The translations under genes were made by a program, and so were the position numbers. From the human T2T-CHM13v2.0 reference genome, Homo sapiens, in the NCBI RefSeq assembly GCF_009914755.1, contig NC_060942.1: a stretch of 64,000 nt of DNA; one strand, given 5' to 3'. The notes beneath the pieces are model-generated. The model searched no databases, had not been told where the DNA came from, and saw nothing but the letters and a program-made list of their open reading frames with translations. Shown in pieces: positions 1 to 12,287 of this stretch (position 1 is the stretch's first letter; each line of letters starts with the position of its first letter).

Positions 1-3000
1 ATAAGTAACTTTTATCTTACACAATTTTCAACCACATACCTTATTCATTTTTTCACCTTTACTTCTTCAAAATCAATTAGTTCTCCCAGCTTTCATGTTT
101 GTTGAAATACTAGCCACTGGGTCATAAAGATAGGAAGAAGCAAGTGAGTCTAAGAAAGAAACAAAACAAATTCTGAGAATTTAAGGACTACAAGATTTGG
201 GAAGATCTTTTTGTTCCACAGCGGTTTTAATTTCTCTCCTGACATAAACATGACTCCTGTGTGTTGACCACCATGAGCCTAAAAATGAATGGAGGAAAAC
301 GACTAGAACTGGGTGAAGATTATGAATTAGTAAACACAAACATGTTTGTATTTAGTGCCCCTGGTAGCCTAAACGGAGAAGAGCAAAAGTCATTATGCTC
401 TGTTATAGTTACAAGACAGAGCTACTTTTTAAAAGGAATACTTAAGAGGCTTTGAAGTTGAACAATACTTATTATGTCATATAGATATTTAAAAATAAAT
501 AATTCTAGTTCCTGATATGGTATATCTCCCTTACATTCAAAACTGTAATTTTTGGAGAACATGAAATATATTTTTACATGTTTAATTTTAACAAGTGAAT
601 GGAATTTAGAGGAATTGGCTGGCTTCATGTTAATTCCTAGTAACAAAACCATCTGTAATAAGAGCAAGCATGTATTGAGTGCTTACATGTTTAAATGGGT
701 CTCAAAATGTAATATGGATAATTCCATTACTTTTCACAATAACACCTGCAAGTAAATACTATTAATTTAGTTCCTCTTTACAGTTTTTTTTCAGAATTCT
801 ATACTAACTCCATAGAGATAGATATTTTCTTTTTCAGCAACTCCTCTGGCTGTTTCTATGAGTTAAACTGATATAAATATAGGGAGTCTGAATGAATTGT
901 ACAGTTGTTTGATGATAAAAGATTGAAGATGTAAGCTTCTGTAAGACATGTGAGAATGCTAGCTCTGCTCAGACCCCAAAAATGTAGCAAGGATGAAGCC
1001 TAAGTATAAAATATTTTAAAGTAGAAAAGGGTCTGGGCAAGTGTTTTAGTCAATGCTGAAGAGAGCTGTCCAATAAATGAAGTAGAAAAGAAAAATAATT
1101 TCTTGCTAATATGACATAAAATAGGTAGTATAATCATGAGTTGAGAACCATAGGTCTCCTAATTAGTTAAGGGTTTTTGCCCAAGTTAGTTTTCCTCTGC
1201 CTGTTCTTCTGTTGATTCATTGTTAAAATGAAGCTAGTTATATACGTTGATTTAATTGATAGGAGAAAACATAAAAATACACACGTATAATTTAGTCATT
1301 TATAAATCCAAAACAATGTAGAACTAGCGAAATGATGCTCAATAGTTAATTAGAAAATGTTTCCTGATTTGGTATTCTGGAGCTATAGATAATTAACAAC
1401 TTCTGACAAGCAGTTCATCTAGACAATACGATTCAATGGCTTTTAATTGAATTATGTCTATGTGTTTGTTACTTCCTTTTGTTTCCCTGCATCAATTTTA
1501 AGTTCACAATAATAGATACATTAAAACTGCTTACAACCCTATGTCTGCCAGTTAAAGGATTAATTAAGGCAGGTTGAATGCAATTCAATTAATGCTTTTT
1601 ATCTGGCGGCTGTTTCTTTGCTTGTATATACTTTGTGCTAGTGTTTGTAATAAAATCAGATACTGCCCATTGGTTGTAGCAGTAAGGAATGCCTGGGCCC
1701 AGCAGGTTCAGTTCTAGAATTTAATGACATCTCATGAGGCACACACTTGGGGGTCTGGCAAAAAAGTTATTGATTTTTAAAAAAATGAATGGACCTGTCA
1801 GCTTCCAACACAAATTGTTCCACATATAGGCTACTTTTGTCTTGGAAATTTGAGAGGGAATACAAAAGTCGGAGAGTTTGTCTTTGTGGTCTGAAGATCG
1901 AGGGTGCTTTGTTACATGATGGGAGGTACTCTACACAATTTTTATAGACTTCTAAAATTCTGAGATCAGGGTGAAAAGGGAGAGTAGTTTCATAGCATTT
2001 TAAATCATTTGTCAAGAATGAAACAATCACTATATACATTTTTACTCCACTTAAAAATATTGAGTTGGTATCGGTAAAGAAAACCTAGTAATGACTTAGT
2101 CTTTTAATTTTTTTAAGAATGAATTTTTGGATAGGCCCAGTGAATTGTTTCACAGAATAATTCATTGGGGACACTTGGGTTTCAGTTTATATTACATATT
2201 CATAGCTTTTTGTGGCAGCCATAGGCCATGAGTCTTAGTGCTGACATGATAAGTCTACTGGGAGGATACAGTTTGTTTTACACATGCCCTTAAGAGAGTT
2301 CCCAGCTGTGTACTCTGTTTTTAAAATGGATGCAAAATTAAACTTAACATAATGACTTCTGCTGGAATCAGGGAGAATTAGTCTTCAGCTATACAGGTGC
2401 TACAGGATAGAATGACTTATTTAAATACTCAAAGTATTTCTGCAAACTTGGATAATTCAGAAAATGAACAGGAAAGTTTATCTCTATTTCATGTTTTTTT
2501 AATCCTTAAGTATAAAAACTTCCAAAAGGAAAAAGAAATTCTTCCTTGTAGCTAGAATACATGAGGGGAATGAAAGGTTTTCCAAAACCCTAAAAAGAAA
2601 TTTTGCAGTCTTCCACTAGACAACATGTAGAGATGTCTAACTTAAGGAGAACGCTTACTCAGAAGGTATGTTGTTAGGTTCAGAGAAAGAGAGCTACTCC
2701 ATTGTTTTACTCAAGGGTGGTATTGACAGAGGTTTCTGCATGGGCAGCATCCACAGGAACTGCTACAGAGGGCTTTCTCTATTGGAGGGCATGTAACTCT
2801 AGCAGAGTTGAAAATGGCATTACAATTCTAAACTTGGTTGAGGATACAGTAGGCACCCTTCAAATTATGACCTTCAAGAGTAGAGACAGTGACAGCCTTA
2901 GGGAGTATTCTTCTGAAGCATTTTATTGGAATAAGGAATAGAAAAGCAAAGGCACCACCTTTAGCTAATTTGATTTTTTACTTTAGAATTTTGGAAGCTA

Positions 3001-4283
3001 CTCCAATAATTTTGAAAACATCATCTTCTGAAAGTTAAAGAACCCTATTTATTGCAAGCACTTTCACAATTCCAAACCTAGGGTGTCACAGTGCTCATAA
3101 TTCACCTCAGATTATGAAATCACTGTGATGCCCTACCTTGTAACCATACAGTTAGGATTTTTTTTGTTTTATAGTTTTTTTTTTGTTTAGTTTTGCTTTT
3201 TTGTAAGCCCACACAGTTTTTCTCAGGGGCTGCAGAAATTGTTGGGCTCCATTACTGACACCAAATCCAGCAAGAACAGGTATTTATCTAGTATTACCCA
3301 GTGCTAGCACTCAGAGCAGCATTCCTAAATGCTGATTCTCCAAGGCTCTGCAAAACTGTGAGAGAAAAACTGAGACGTGTTCTGTTCACTTCGAATTCAT
3401 ATAAACAACATAGTTTCTGCTCTTATTTCAGGGAATTTTCTGGGCAGGAAGTACTAACTTTAGCGTTAGCAGTGTAGTGGTGTCTATTTCCTGGAACAGA
3501 TATCTGGACTAATAAGAGGAACTGGTGATATTTCAGGCCCACCAGAAGCTAGTTTTTGTGAGATGCTACTTAGTGTGAACTTGCACCAGTCTGAATTTAT
3601 TTATCCTCCTAGATATCCTCGGCCCTAGTTGCCACTTTGGGCCTGACTACTTGGTATGTCTTCCTGACGAGAGGCCCAGACATGTGTTGGGCTTTCACAT
3701 GGTCATGAAGTTCTACCCATCACTGTAAGCTCATCACTTAGCATGATCTGCTGACTCAGTCTTCCTGGTGGCAATGTTGGTTTTTGTGGGAACCCAGCAG
3801 TTTTGGAGTCCAGATTCTCCGAACACCACAGGGAAGTCCTAGAGGGTCTGAAAAATACATTCTGGAAGTATAGCTTCTTTCTGTAGGGCAAATTTTGACC
3901 AAATTAAGACAATTGATATAAAAGAATTGGAAGATAAGGTTTTTCTTTTTTCTTCCTATTGATGGATTGTTCTAAGATGCAGCAGTTCCACAGAGTTTCC
4001 TTAAAAATATCCCGAAATATTGAGAACAGTTATATTTTCCTGAGATATCGTGGCCAGCTTAATAATGTGTAACTTTATTTTTATGCATTCGCTCTCTTCA
4101 TGCACAACTTATTTTTTCAACCTCATGCTTGTTACATCCAATTGTACCCTACCCTCAATAAAAGTATTACCATACGAGCATATCATCAGGCTGTTTTCTA
4201 GGAAATCAGATTCAAACAGAACATTTACAAAGAAAGAGAAAGACAGATGGACAAGATCAACCTAGTAAACGGAACTTAGTTTT

Positions 4284-4398
4284 AGCTGGGTGTTGTGGCG
4301 TACGCATCTAATCCCAGCTACTTTACTTGAGAGGATGAAGTGGGAGAATTGCTTGAGCCCAGGACTTTGAGACTAGCCTGGAAACATAACAAACAAAA
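4284..4398 (+). mobile_element. Free left Alu monomer (FLAM-like)
   Basis: agctgggtgttgtggcgtacgcatctaatcccagcta...ttgcttgagcccaggactttgagactagcctgg followed by an A-rich tail. 11-bp TSD gaacttagttt at 4272-4282 and 4399-4409. Confidence 0.85.
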
Positions 4399-4629
4399 GA
4401 ACTTAGTTTGGAAGAAACCATATATGTCTCATTATAGAATGGTATCAGTTGCTTGCCAATTCTGATTCCATTGTACATGTTTGGATTACATGAGAGAAAT
4501 AACAGTGGGACAATGGTATGAATATAAGAAATGAAAAAAACCCTACAATTCCTCTATAAACGTGTCAGATACTGAAGTACAAGCAACACTGTTTTTGAAC
4601 CCATGTGAATAGTGCAACAATAGAGTTAC

Positions 4630-4790
4630 AGAAAAATATTTGAATTTGTAGTTGAGAATCTTTCCATTAAGCAAAGTTCAGGTCTAGTCGGCTTCATTGA
4701 ATTCTACAAAATATTTTTTGGAAGAAATAACAACATTTCTACAAAAAATCTGAAAAATTGAAAAGGATGGGATTTTTAAATCTTCCTTGT
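4630..4790 (+). mobile_element. Old L1 (L1M) ORF2 fragment
   Basis: Diverged match to the recalled L1 ORF2 segment 'ccaggcccagatggcttcactggtgaattctaccaaacatttaaggaagaaataataccaattcta'. Confidence 0.5.
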
Positions 4791-4809
4791 GAACAATATG
4801 TTGTGAATA

Positions 4810-5038
4810 GAAGCAAGGGAGCACGAGTTTGTACCCCTGCATCAACCAAGCGCTGGATGAAGGATACCCTCCACAAGGAGTATAGTCTCAAACAAAGCTG
4901 GTTCCTTTGACTGAAGGCAATTTATGGAGAGGAGTGTGGCTTTGCGCATAGACACTCAACTTTCCTAGCAGCTCAGCAAATGAGAGTTTCAGCCCTGCAG
5001 CTGGTTATCTGTGTGGTGCACCACTGTACCCATGGCAG
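4810..5038 (-). mobile_element. Ancient ERVL LTR fragment (LTR33/LTR16-like)
   Basis: 'tttgtacccctgcatcaacc...ctgaaggcaatt...ttatctgtgtggtgcaccactgtaccc' resembles the reverse of LTR33. Confidence 0.45.
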
Positions 5039-5449
5039 ATGCATTTTCCCCTATTAGCACTTGACTTATTATGATTTAGGTTGAAGAGTGTAAAGGAAAA
5101 ATGTTACTTCAGCAATTTCTGATGTGTCACAGAACTGGCAATGGCCAGTAAGAGTTGGCAGTACCTGTGAGCAGGGGGTAATGCCATGTAGGAAGAAGTG
5201 TTATCTGGCGAAATTGGCAGGGGAGATTTGTCTCCTTGGAAGTAGCAGACCCTGGTGATATACAGATGTCAGGAAGTGCATAGTGGAATCCAACACAAGA
5301 TCAGTGTTGCTTACCTTAAGACAACAAAAACAGATTTCACTGAAGGAAGCTCAGAGAAAGAGGAAGTAAATGGGAAATGTAACGTAGTAGTTAGTTAACA
5401 CGTTTTATTTATAAGAATTTGTTTTGCAGCCTTAGGACACCTCCAGATT

Positions 5450-5484
5450 TGTGTGTGTGTGTGTATGTGTGTGTGTGTGTGTGT
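5450..5484. repeat. (TG)n microsatellite
   Basis: Direct reading: TG run with one interruption. Confidence 0.95.
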
Positions 5485-8452
5485 CTTTCAAAGCTTTAAC
5501 AATGGGATGGGGAATAGAGTATTCCTAATACTTCTTCCAAATACATATATTATAAGCATATTTAGGAATTATGCAGGAAAAGGACAAAAGTTCCCTATGT
5601 TGAGTAACTGTGCTTTGGGTCAAAAAAAGGAAAAAAAAAAAAAATGAAACAACCTAAAAATTAAATTAGATAGAACATCGTAACATCACAAAATATCAGA
5701 GCATAACCTGTATAATAGAATTTTTACAATTCAAATTCCTTTCCTAATGTCTAAACTCATGTTTCTCTGATTTGAATGGAATGCTTAGTTAGATTGGCTC
5801 ACTCATGTGACAAATTCCAATTATGTTCAACTTCCCAAAAATATACTTATTAAACACACCAGTAATGTGTGCTTATTAAACACACTGGTAATGCTGATCT
5901 TCTGTATAGGTTTTCTGAAACTTATATACCTAGGGATAGATCCCAGACTCTTAATACTTTGCTCTTCCACCTGTTATGAAAGAGTCTTAGCAAAAACAAT
6001 ACCCTCTTTAGCTTTCTTATCCTCTGGTGAGAATTCCCCAGTATTCCTTTGGGATTCAGTGTCATAGATCTCTTTAGTATCTGTAGTTCCACCCAGTTCC
6101 ATGCTCAATATCCGTGATACACATATCGGCATAGAATTGCCATGTGTCATGAAACTCAGTTAACTTGTTACTTAAGTAGTGCACAACCATTTATTTAGCA
6201 CTATGATGGAAAATGAGCAGCGGTCACATGGCATGGAGACTGAGTTGCTAGCAGCTGAGCACTGGGCACCTTGGTTCTTGAGAATTTGGTGGAGAACAGC
6301 CCTATTTATGAAACAGGCACCACTGCGGGATGGTTCCTGAACCAGATCCTGTTCACCTCTTTCTTATTTCCATCTTCTCGTTACCAAAACTGATAAATCT
6401 CTTCCTGGGCACTGGTTTTGTTTCACATCAACCCACACAGTGCTTCTATTCCAGAAGGTTCTGCTTCCATTTTTCCTTTTGTTTTGGACCTTTGCAATGA
6501 CCCACATTGACTTGATTCTCTCCCGTATACTGCTACTAACCTGTTTTCCATAGTCCATAGGCCTTAAATAAGTCAGACTTCCTTTTAAAGGAAAAACTGT
6601 CCAACCCGAAGATTTATAGCATCACTTTTTACAAAACTGCACCTAAGACAACACATAGCAGTTGTTTTATTACGCCAACAACTTTTTCTTGCTTATTACA
6701 AGAAAAATTTCAATTGTATTTTATTAATAGATGTTACACTTAGAAATATATTCTAATAGTGGCACTCCAAATTGAGGGACTAGGAGTTTTTGTTTTACAA
6801 GAATATAGGCTTTCCTGAAAACAAAATCACTCATACTGTAATAACTGATCCCATGAAAAAAATAGAGTTGGGCCAGACCATTCAAAACCTATGCAAGTTT
6901 ATATCCGAATATTATGGAAAGCAACTACTGGTTCATCAACAGATAATGTGAAGAGTCTAGCCAGGCATCTCAGTAGGACTGAATGCTGCTTCAGGGGTTT
7001 TAAAAAATATTGTCAAAGTGTTGTGAGCTCTGAGAGGCTGCATCTGCCATCTGGATGTATTGCTGTGAGCACAGGAGGAAGTGGCAGCTGCCAGAGGTGA
7101 CAGCAAGGTGTGCTTCTGTGTGAACGGAGGCTTTGTGAAGTTGAAAGCTCTCCTGCCTGTACAGCAGTCACATTACGGACCTTTTCTTAAAAGTTAGGAT
7201 TCTCTGCCCACTACTCGCGATTCAAATTACATCTGAAGCAACCCAATGCTGAAAATAAACAAAGTTTTCCTATTCAACAATCATGTAAGAGCGGATTCGT
7301 GTATTAGAAACATGTTTTATCAGAACAAACTGCTACTCCAAATGTAACATATTCAATTTATGTTTCCTTATGGACTCATTAATAAGTGTGGGCCTGAATG
7401 ACATTGGCCATGGGCTTCCAAGTTTTATGAGGCGGATCCTGCGTGTGCCATGTTCACTTACAGGCATGACGCTGAGTATACTGTACTCAGACACATGCTT
7501 TAAAATGTTTTGTTGGATAATTGCTTTGATAGAACATGTTTTATAGTTCCAACAAAAACCTGGGTCTCACATTTGCATGCTCGTTAATGTTTTTATTTAC
7601 AGTGATCCAGTGTATTAGGGCAGGTTTATTATTAGATTTTTACAAATGTATATATTGAACCTCGGAATTTAATGACTAAAACTAGCATTAAGCAATAAAG
7701 TGGGGAGTAAAAACTACCACATTATATCCTTCTTCTGTACCATGTTGTGTTTCATGAAGTAAATTCTGGGCCATTTGAAGCTTGGATGTCATTAAGTGAA
7801 AGGGGATGGGGTAGTATTAGGGAAATAAATGGCACTCTACATGACACATTAAAAGTGAATGAAGTGGCTGAAGTACATAAAGCTGAAAAAAATGTGGGGA
7901 AATCATTAGAGTTGAATGGTTTCTCATGTAACTTAAATTGTTTTTCAAATACCTGTCCACCCAGAATTTTTTTTAATCGTCTTCTCAATCACTGATTATG
8001 TCAAATGTCTGATAAAGATTTTGAAAAATAGTTCATTTATAAAAGCATTTATGTACCATGAAAATATCAACCACACCCTCATTCATACACACATATATAC
8101 ACAAACAACATATGTAACACTAAAACATCATAACACATAATTAGTGTCTAAAAATAATACCATCCTATCAAAAATACAGGATGGTATTATTATGAGTTTA
8201 ATTAAATGATTCACGCATGACTGCACAGCTAGCCTGTCTGCAGATCTCAGGATCTGGAGGCAATTACTTTAAATCTGATCTCATCTTATTCATTATCATT
8301 AGTGGTATCACAGGTTTTTACTGCATTTATATGATTTAGGCCTTAACACAATTTGTAAGAGTGAATGGAGCTTAAATACCCATCTTTTTATTAAATAATG
8401 TAATTTTAGATAAAGAATTTAGAGTTGAATAGCTATCTTTTCAACATGTAGC

Positions 8453-9152
8453 TGGCTTAGTCCATTTGTGCTGCTATTAAAAACAAAAAGAAAGAAGAAA
8501 GAAAGAAAGAAACAAACAAACAAACAAACTACCACTACCTGAATGGCTTATGCATACAAGAAATTTGCTTCTTGGCCGGGCGCGGTGGCTCACGCCTGTC
8601 ATCCCAGCACTTTGGGAGGTCGAGGCAGGTGGATCACAAGGTCAGAAGATCAAGACCATCCTGGCCAACACGGTGAAACCCCATCTCTACTAAAAATGCA
8701 AAAACTTAGCCGAGCATGGTGGTGGGTGCCTGTAGTCCCAGCTACTAGGGAGGCCGAGACAGGAGAATGGCGTGAACCCCGGGAGGCGGAGCTTGCAGTG
8801 AGCTGAGATCGCGCCACTGCACTGTAGCCTGGGCGACAGAGTGAGATTCCGTCTCAAAAAAAGAGAAAGAAATTTGCTTCCCACAGTTTTGGAGGCTAGG
8901 AAGTCTGAGATTAAGGCACCAGCAGATTTGATGTCTGGTGAGGGCCTGCTTCCTGGTTCATAAATAGTGCCTTCTCCTTGTGTCCTCACATAGCCGAAGA
9001 GCAAGGGGGCTCTCTGGATTTCTTTAACAAGATCACTAATCTCATTCAAGAGGGTAGAGCCTCCCCAAGACCTCACTTCCAAGTACCGTGGATTAAAGGA
9101 AGAAATTTTGAAATGCACATTTTGAGGGGATGCAAATATTCATTCTATAGCA
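8453..9152 (-). mobile_element. MaLR solo LTR (MLT1A/MSTD-like), interrupted by AluY
   Basis: Begins tggcttagtccatttgtgctgcta, continues cacagttttggaggctaggaagtctgagattaaggcaccagcag after the Alu, and ends aaatattcattctatagca. Confidence 0.8.
8574..8866 (+). mobile_element. Full-length AluY
   Basis: GGCCGGGCGCGG start. Diagnostic accatcctggccaacacggtg and agaatggcgtgaaccc...ggagcttgcagtg. TSD aagaaatttgcttc at 8558-8571 and 8867-8880. Confidence 0.93.
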
Positions 9153-11090
9153 GTAGGGATATTTATAATTCTAGTTCATTTTTATTGACATGGTTCAAAC
9201 ATAGTCAGAAAACATTTGGTTGTGTATCTAAATGGAAGCATTCGTGTACAATTCACGTCAGCTTGCTCATATCTGACAATACAGTTACAGTTGATATTGA
9301 TATGTCCCCTTAAATATTCAGTATTTAAGGATGAGATGCTTGGGTAAGACAGTAAATAAAAAGTCGGACATGAAACATTTTTCTGTGTGACAAAAGAAAA
9401 GAAAATGTATTCATTAGAATCAAATATTTATAGGAAGTATAACCACAATTGCCTCTACGATTGATGTTTTTCTTCATTACAAAAAAAACTTATTTGTCCT
9501 GAAAAATAATAAGTATTATGAAACTACAAATTTCTAGTAACTACCCGTAACCCTAATAGATATGAAGTGAATTTTTGTAGGCTGGGGTGAACATAATAAT
9601 ATTGATTTCATTGTTAGTTTAGTTTTTTAGATGGGATTTTCAGGAAAAAAGTGTGCCTTTGATTAGAACTTCATTTATTCTGTGTAGTTGCTGTTCCTTT
9701 CAAAACTATTTATAATAGTGTATATGTATTCAGTTGTGTTAATATCAGTTTACATTTAAGGTATTTTTTATTGATTCTATTAGTTAATATTTATTGCTTA
9801 GAAGAATAAATAACAAATTTGTAATGTATAGACAAAATGTAAAATGGGTTAGGCTCTCAAAATGATCAAAACTGTAGCCTTCTTGTAACCCTCCAAATCA
9901 ATGTAAAAACTATTTTCAGGAGCACTTTAAAACATATAAAATATTAATTTGGTAAAAACTGTTTCCCTTAATATCAAAAATATAATTTCAAATTAATAAA
10001 ACAAAAAACATTTCTGTAAGAATCAGAATTTTTAAGCTTTCAAAAATTCTATCTCATTAATTCTCTATGATAAATTTTCAAACTTCTTCTGAGAGCCATT
10101 TTGAAATACATGGAAATTATTTTCTCAATTTAGATTCCCTTTTAAGGAATTGTCTAATATATAAGAGAAGTTTGAACTCTATGATAAATATGACAGACCT
10201 AAGCCTGGAAATAAGGCACATTTTGAATAAATTATCATTACAGGATAATTCAGGGTATAGAAAAATCTTGTTACTTTGGTTCAAAATCAGCAGACTATAG
10301 CCTAATTTAATTTAAAACTGTCTGAATCTGTTTTCTTGTTTGGCAAATAGGAAAATGCAGAAATGGTTAAAAGAAGAAAATCCAAGTTTTGAGAATTTTG
10401 AAAAAAATATGGTTTTATCAAAATAACAATAGTTTCAGTGTTTTATTATTAGGTGAAAGGACTGCCTTCTCAGGATTATTCTCACTTCAACATGTCCAGG
10501 GTATATTAAACATTGGAATGGAAAATAATTATACACACATTTCAGCACCTCTATAAATTTTGTTCACTTTCTAAAATCAGGTGGAAATAGAAAATGATTC
10601 TAAATTTAGCTTTTCTACCTACACTGTTATAATGTTAATATGTTGACATTTCAAATCTCATAGCATCATTTAATGCCTGAAAGACAACATTATAGAAAAT
10701 GGCTGAAAACTCCAGAATTATTAAGTGATATAGAGAAGTGCTTTAGTAAATAATTTTGCTGTTACGGTTGTTCATGTTTTTCAAATAGACTAGATATCAA
10801 TATAATGTATAAAACTTAAATTTCATGATGATTGATTTTTATCTTTAAAAAATTTAACAAATAATTCTGCTCAGATATAGCTAACACACAATATCTATAG
10901 TTGGAAGAATAGAAACATAATATTAAATTTTGAACACAGCTAACGGCCACACTTAATAACTCTAAAATAATCACGAGAATGGCATTAACAATCGTTGCTT
11001 GTTGTGTCAGTGATTTGGCTGTGTATATTTGCTTCTAAAGTATACCTACACTCAGAAATTAACATTAATATCTACAACTTTACACACATC

Positions 11091-11633
11091 TGTGGCAGAT
11101 TGCCACGGTTACTACTTGAGATGGTCACTATGACAGTTACTACTGTTTCTACTTGAGACAGTCATTATGAGAGTTACTACTGTTACTGCTTGAGACTGTC
11201 ATTACCAGACTGAACTAAGGAGGACAAATGTAGAAATGAAAACTTAAGACAAAAGAAACTGTTTTAAAGGAAGGGATCGGGGAAGAAGAAAAGGGCTCCC
11301 AGCTTCTAGTGAGTAAAAGCAGCAGCCTGAGCTTCCACAGTCCTTCGTATTTATTGAGTAGAATGAGCAGGGAGGAGGAGGCAATGACTGGTCAGCTGCT
11401 TAATTGATCACAGGTTCAAATTATTACTAACAGGCTTCAAATGTGCCCTGTAGATAATCACAAGAAACACTTGTGCCTGGCTTATGACTGCCCTCAGCAT
11501 TTCTTCTGGGTGGCAGACGCAGTTTGTCAGTTTGCCAACATTCTGCTTTTATGAGAACAATTTGCTGTTTACTCATATAGCTCCCAGTGGTATACAGAGT
11601 TGATCACGACCCTCACTCTTTCAGCCTTCAACA
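11091..11633 (-). mobile_element. HERV-K(HML-6) solo LTR (LTR3 family)
   Basis: TG...CA termini. The reverse strand starts tgttgaaggctgaaagagtgagggtcgtgatcaactc...accactgggagctatatgagtaaacagcaaa, as in LTR3A/B. 6-bp TSD cacatc/cacata. Internal ~37-bp tandem units at ~11118-11205. Confidence 0.85.
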
Positions 11634-12287
11634 CACATACATCCATGATGATGAATATCTCCTGATAATTTAATTATGTCTATTCATTTATTTATAAAGT
11701 CAAAATTGAATGGATTAGGTCCACTGTTCATTTCTTTTTAAAATTTCTTAAGAAATGTTAAAAGAGTAAATTCAAATCTTTATAATCCCACTAAATTAAA
11801 ACAATAACAGTAGATATTGTGAGAGTACTAAATATCAATAGTACTTGATACTTGAATATTAGTACTTAATTATTTGATATTTAGTACTATTGATACTTCA
11901 AGGTCAAACTAGACAGAAAGTTTGAGCTAAATTTTGTAGTATATGAAATGAAATAATGATACTAGATCTATAAATTTGCAGACACCAGCATCTGTCTGAA
12001 TCCATACATACTTCTGGCCATTGTATACCCCAGAGAACTGGCTGCATAAGAAAATGTAGAGTTGGACATCAGTAAGTTTTGATCTGAGGCTTCTTTAGTG
12101 ATTATGTGATGAATGATTGGTCCTACCAACCTGTAGCTCTAAACACTACTACAGTATGGAAAGAAATCTGCACTAGTGTTTGTCGCAGAGACTAAGCCAA
12201 AGCTTCATCCTAGCCAAATCACATCTGACCTGCCAGATGACATCAATAACCACATTGCTGTTTGGATGGTGTGATTTCAATAGCTTC

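Noticed and set aside
8543-9118. 87-aa and 142-aa ORFs (also 59288-59752 and 60355-60660)
   Set aside because: Typical Alu- and MLT-derived translations.
11118-11205. ~37-bp repeats resembling a CRISPR array
   Set aside because: Tandem units without unique spacers, inside a primate LTR, with no cas genes.
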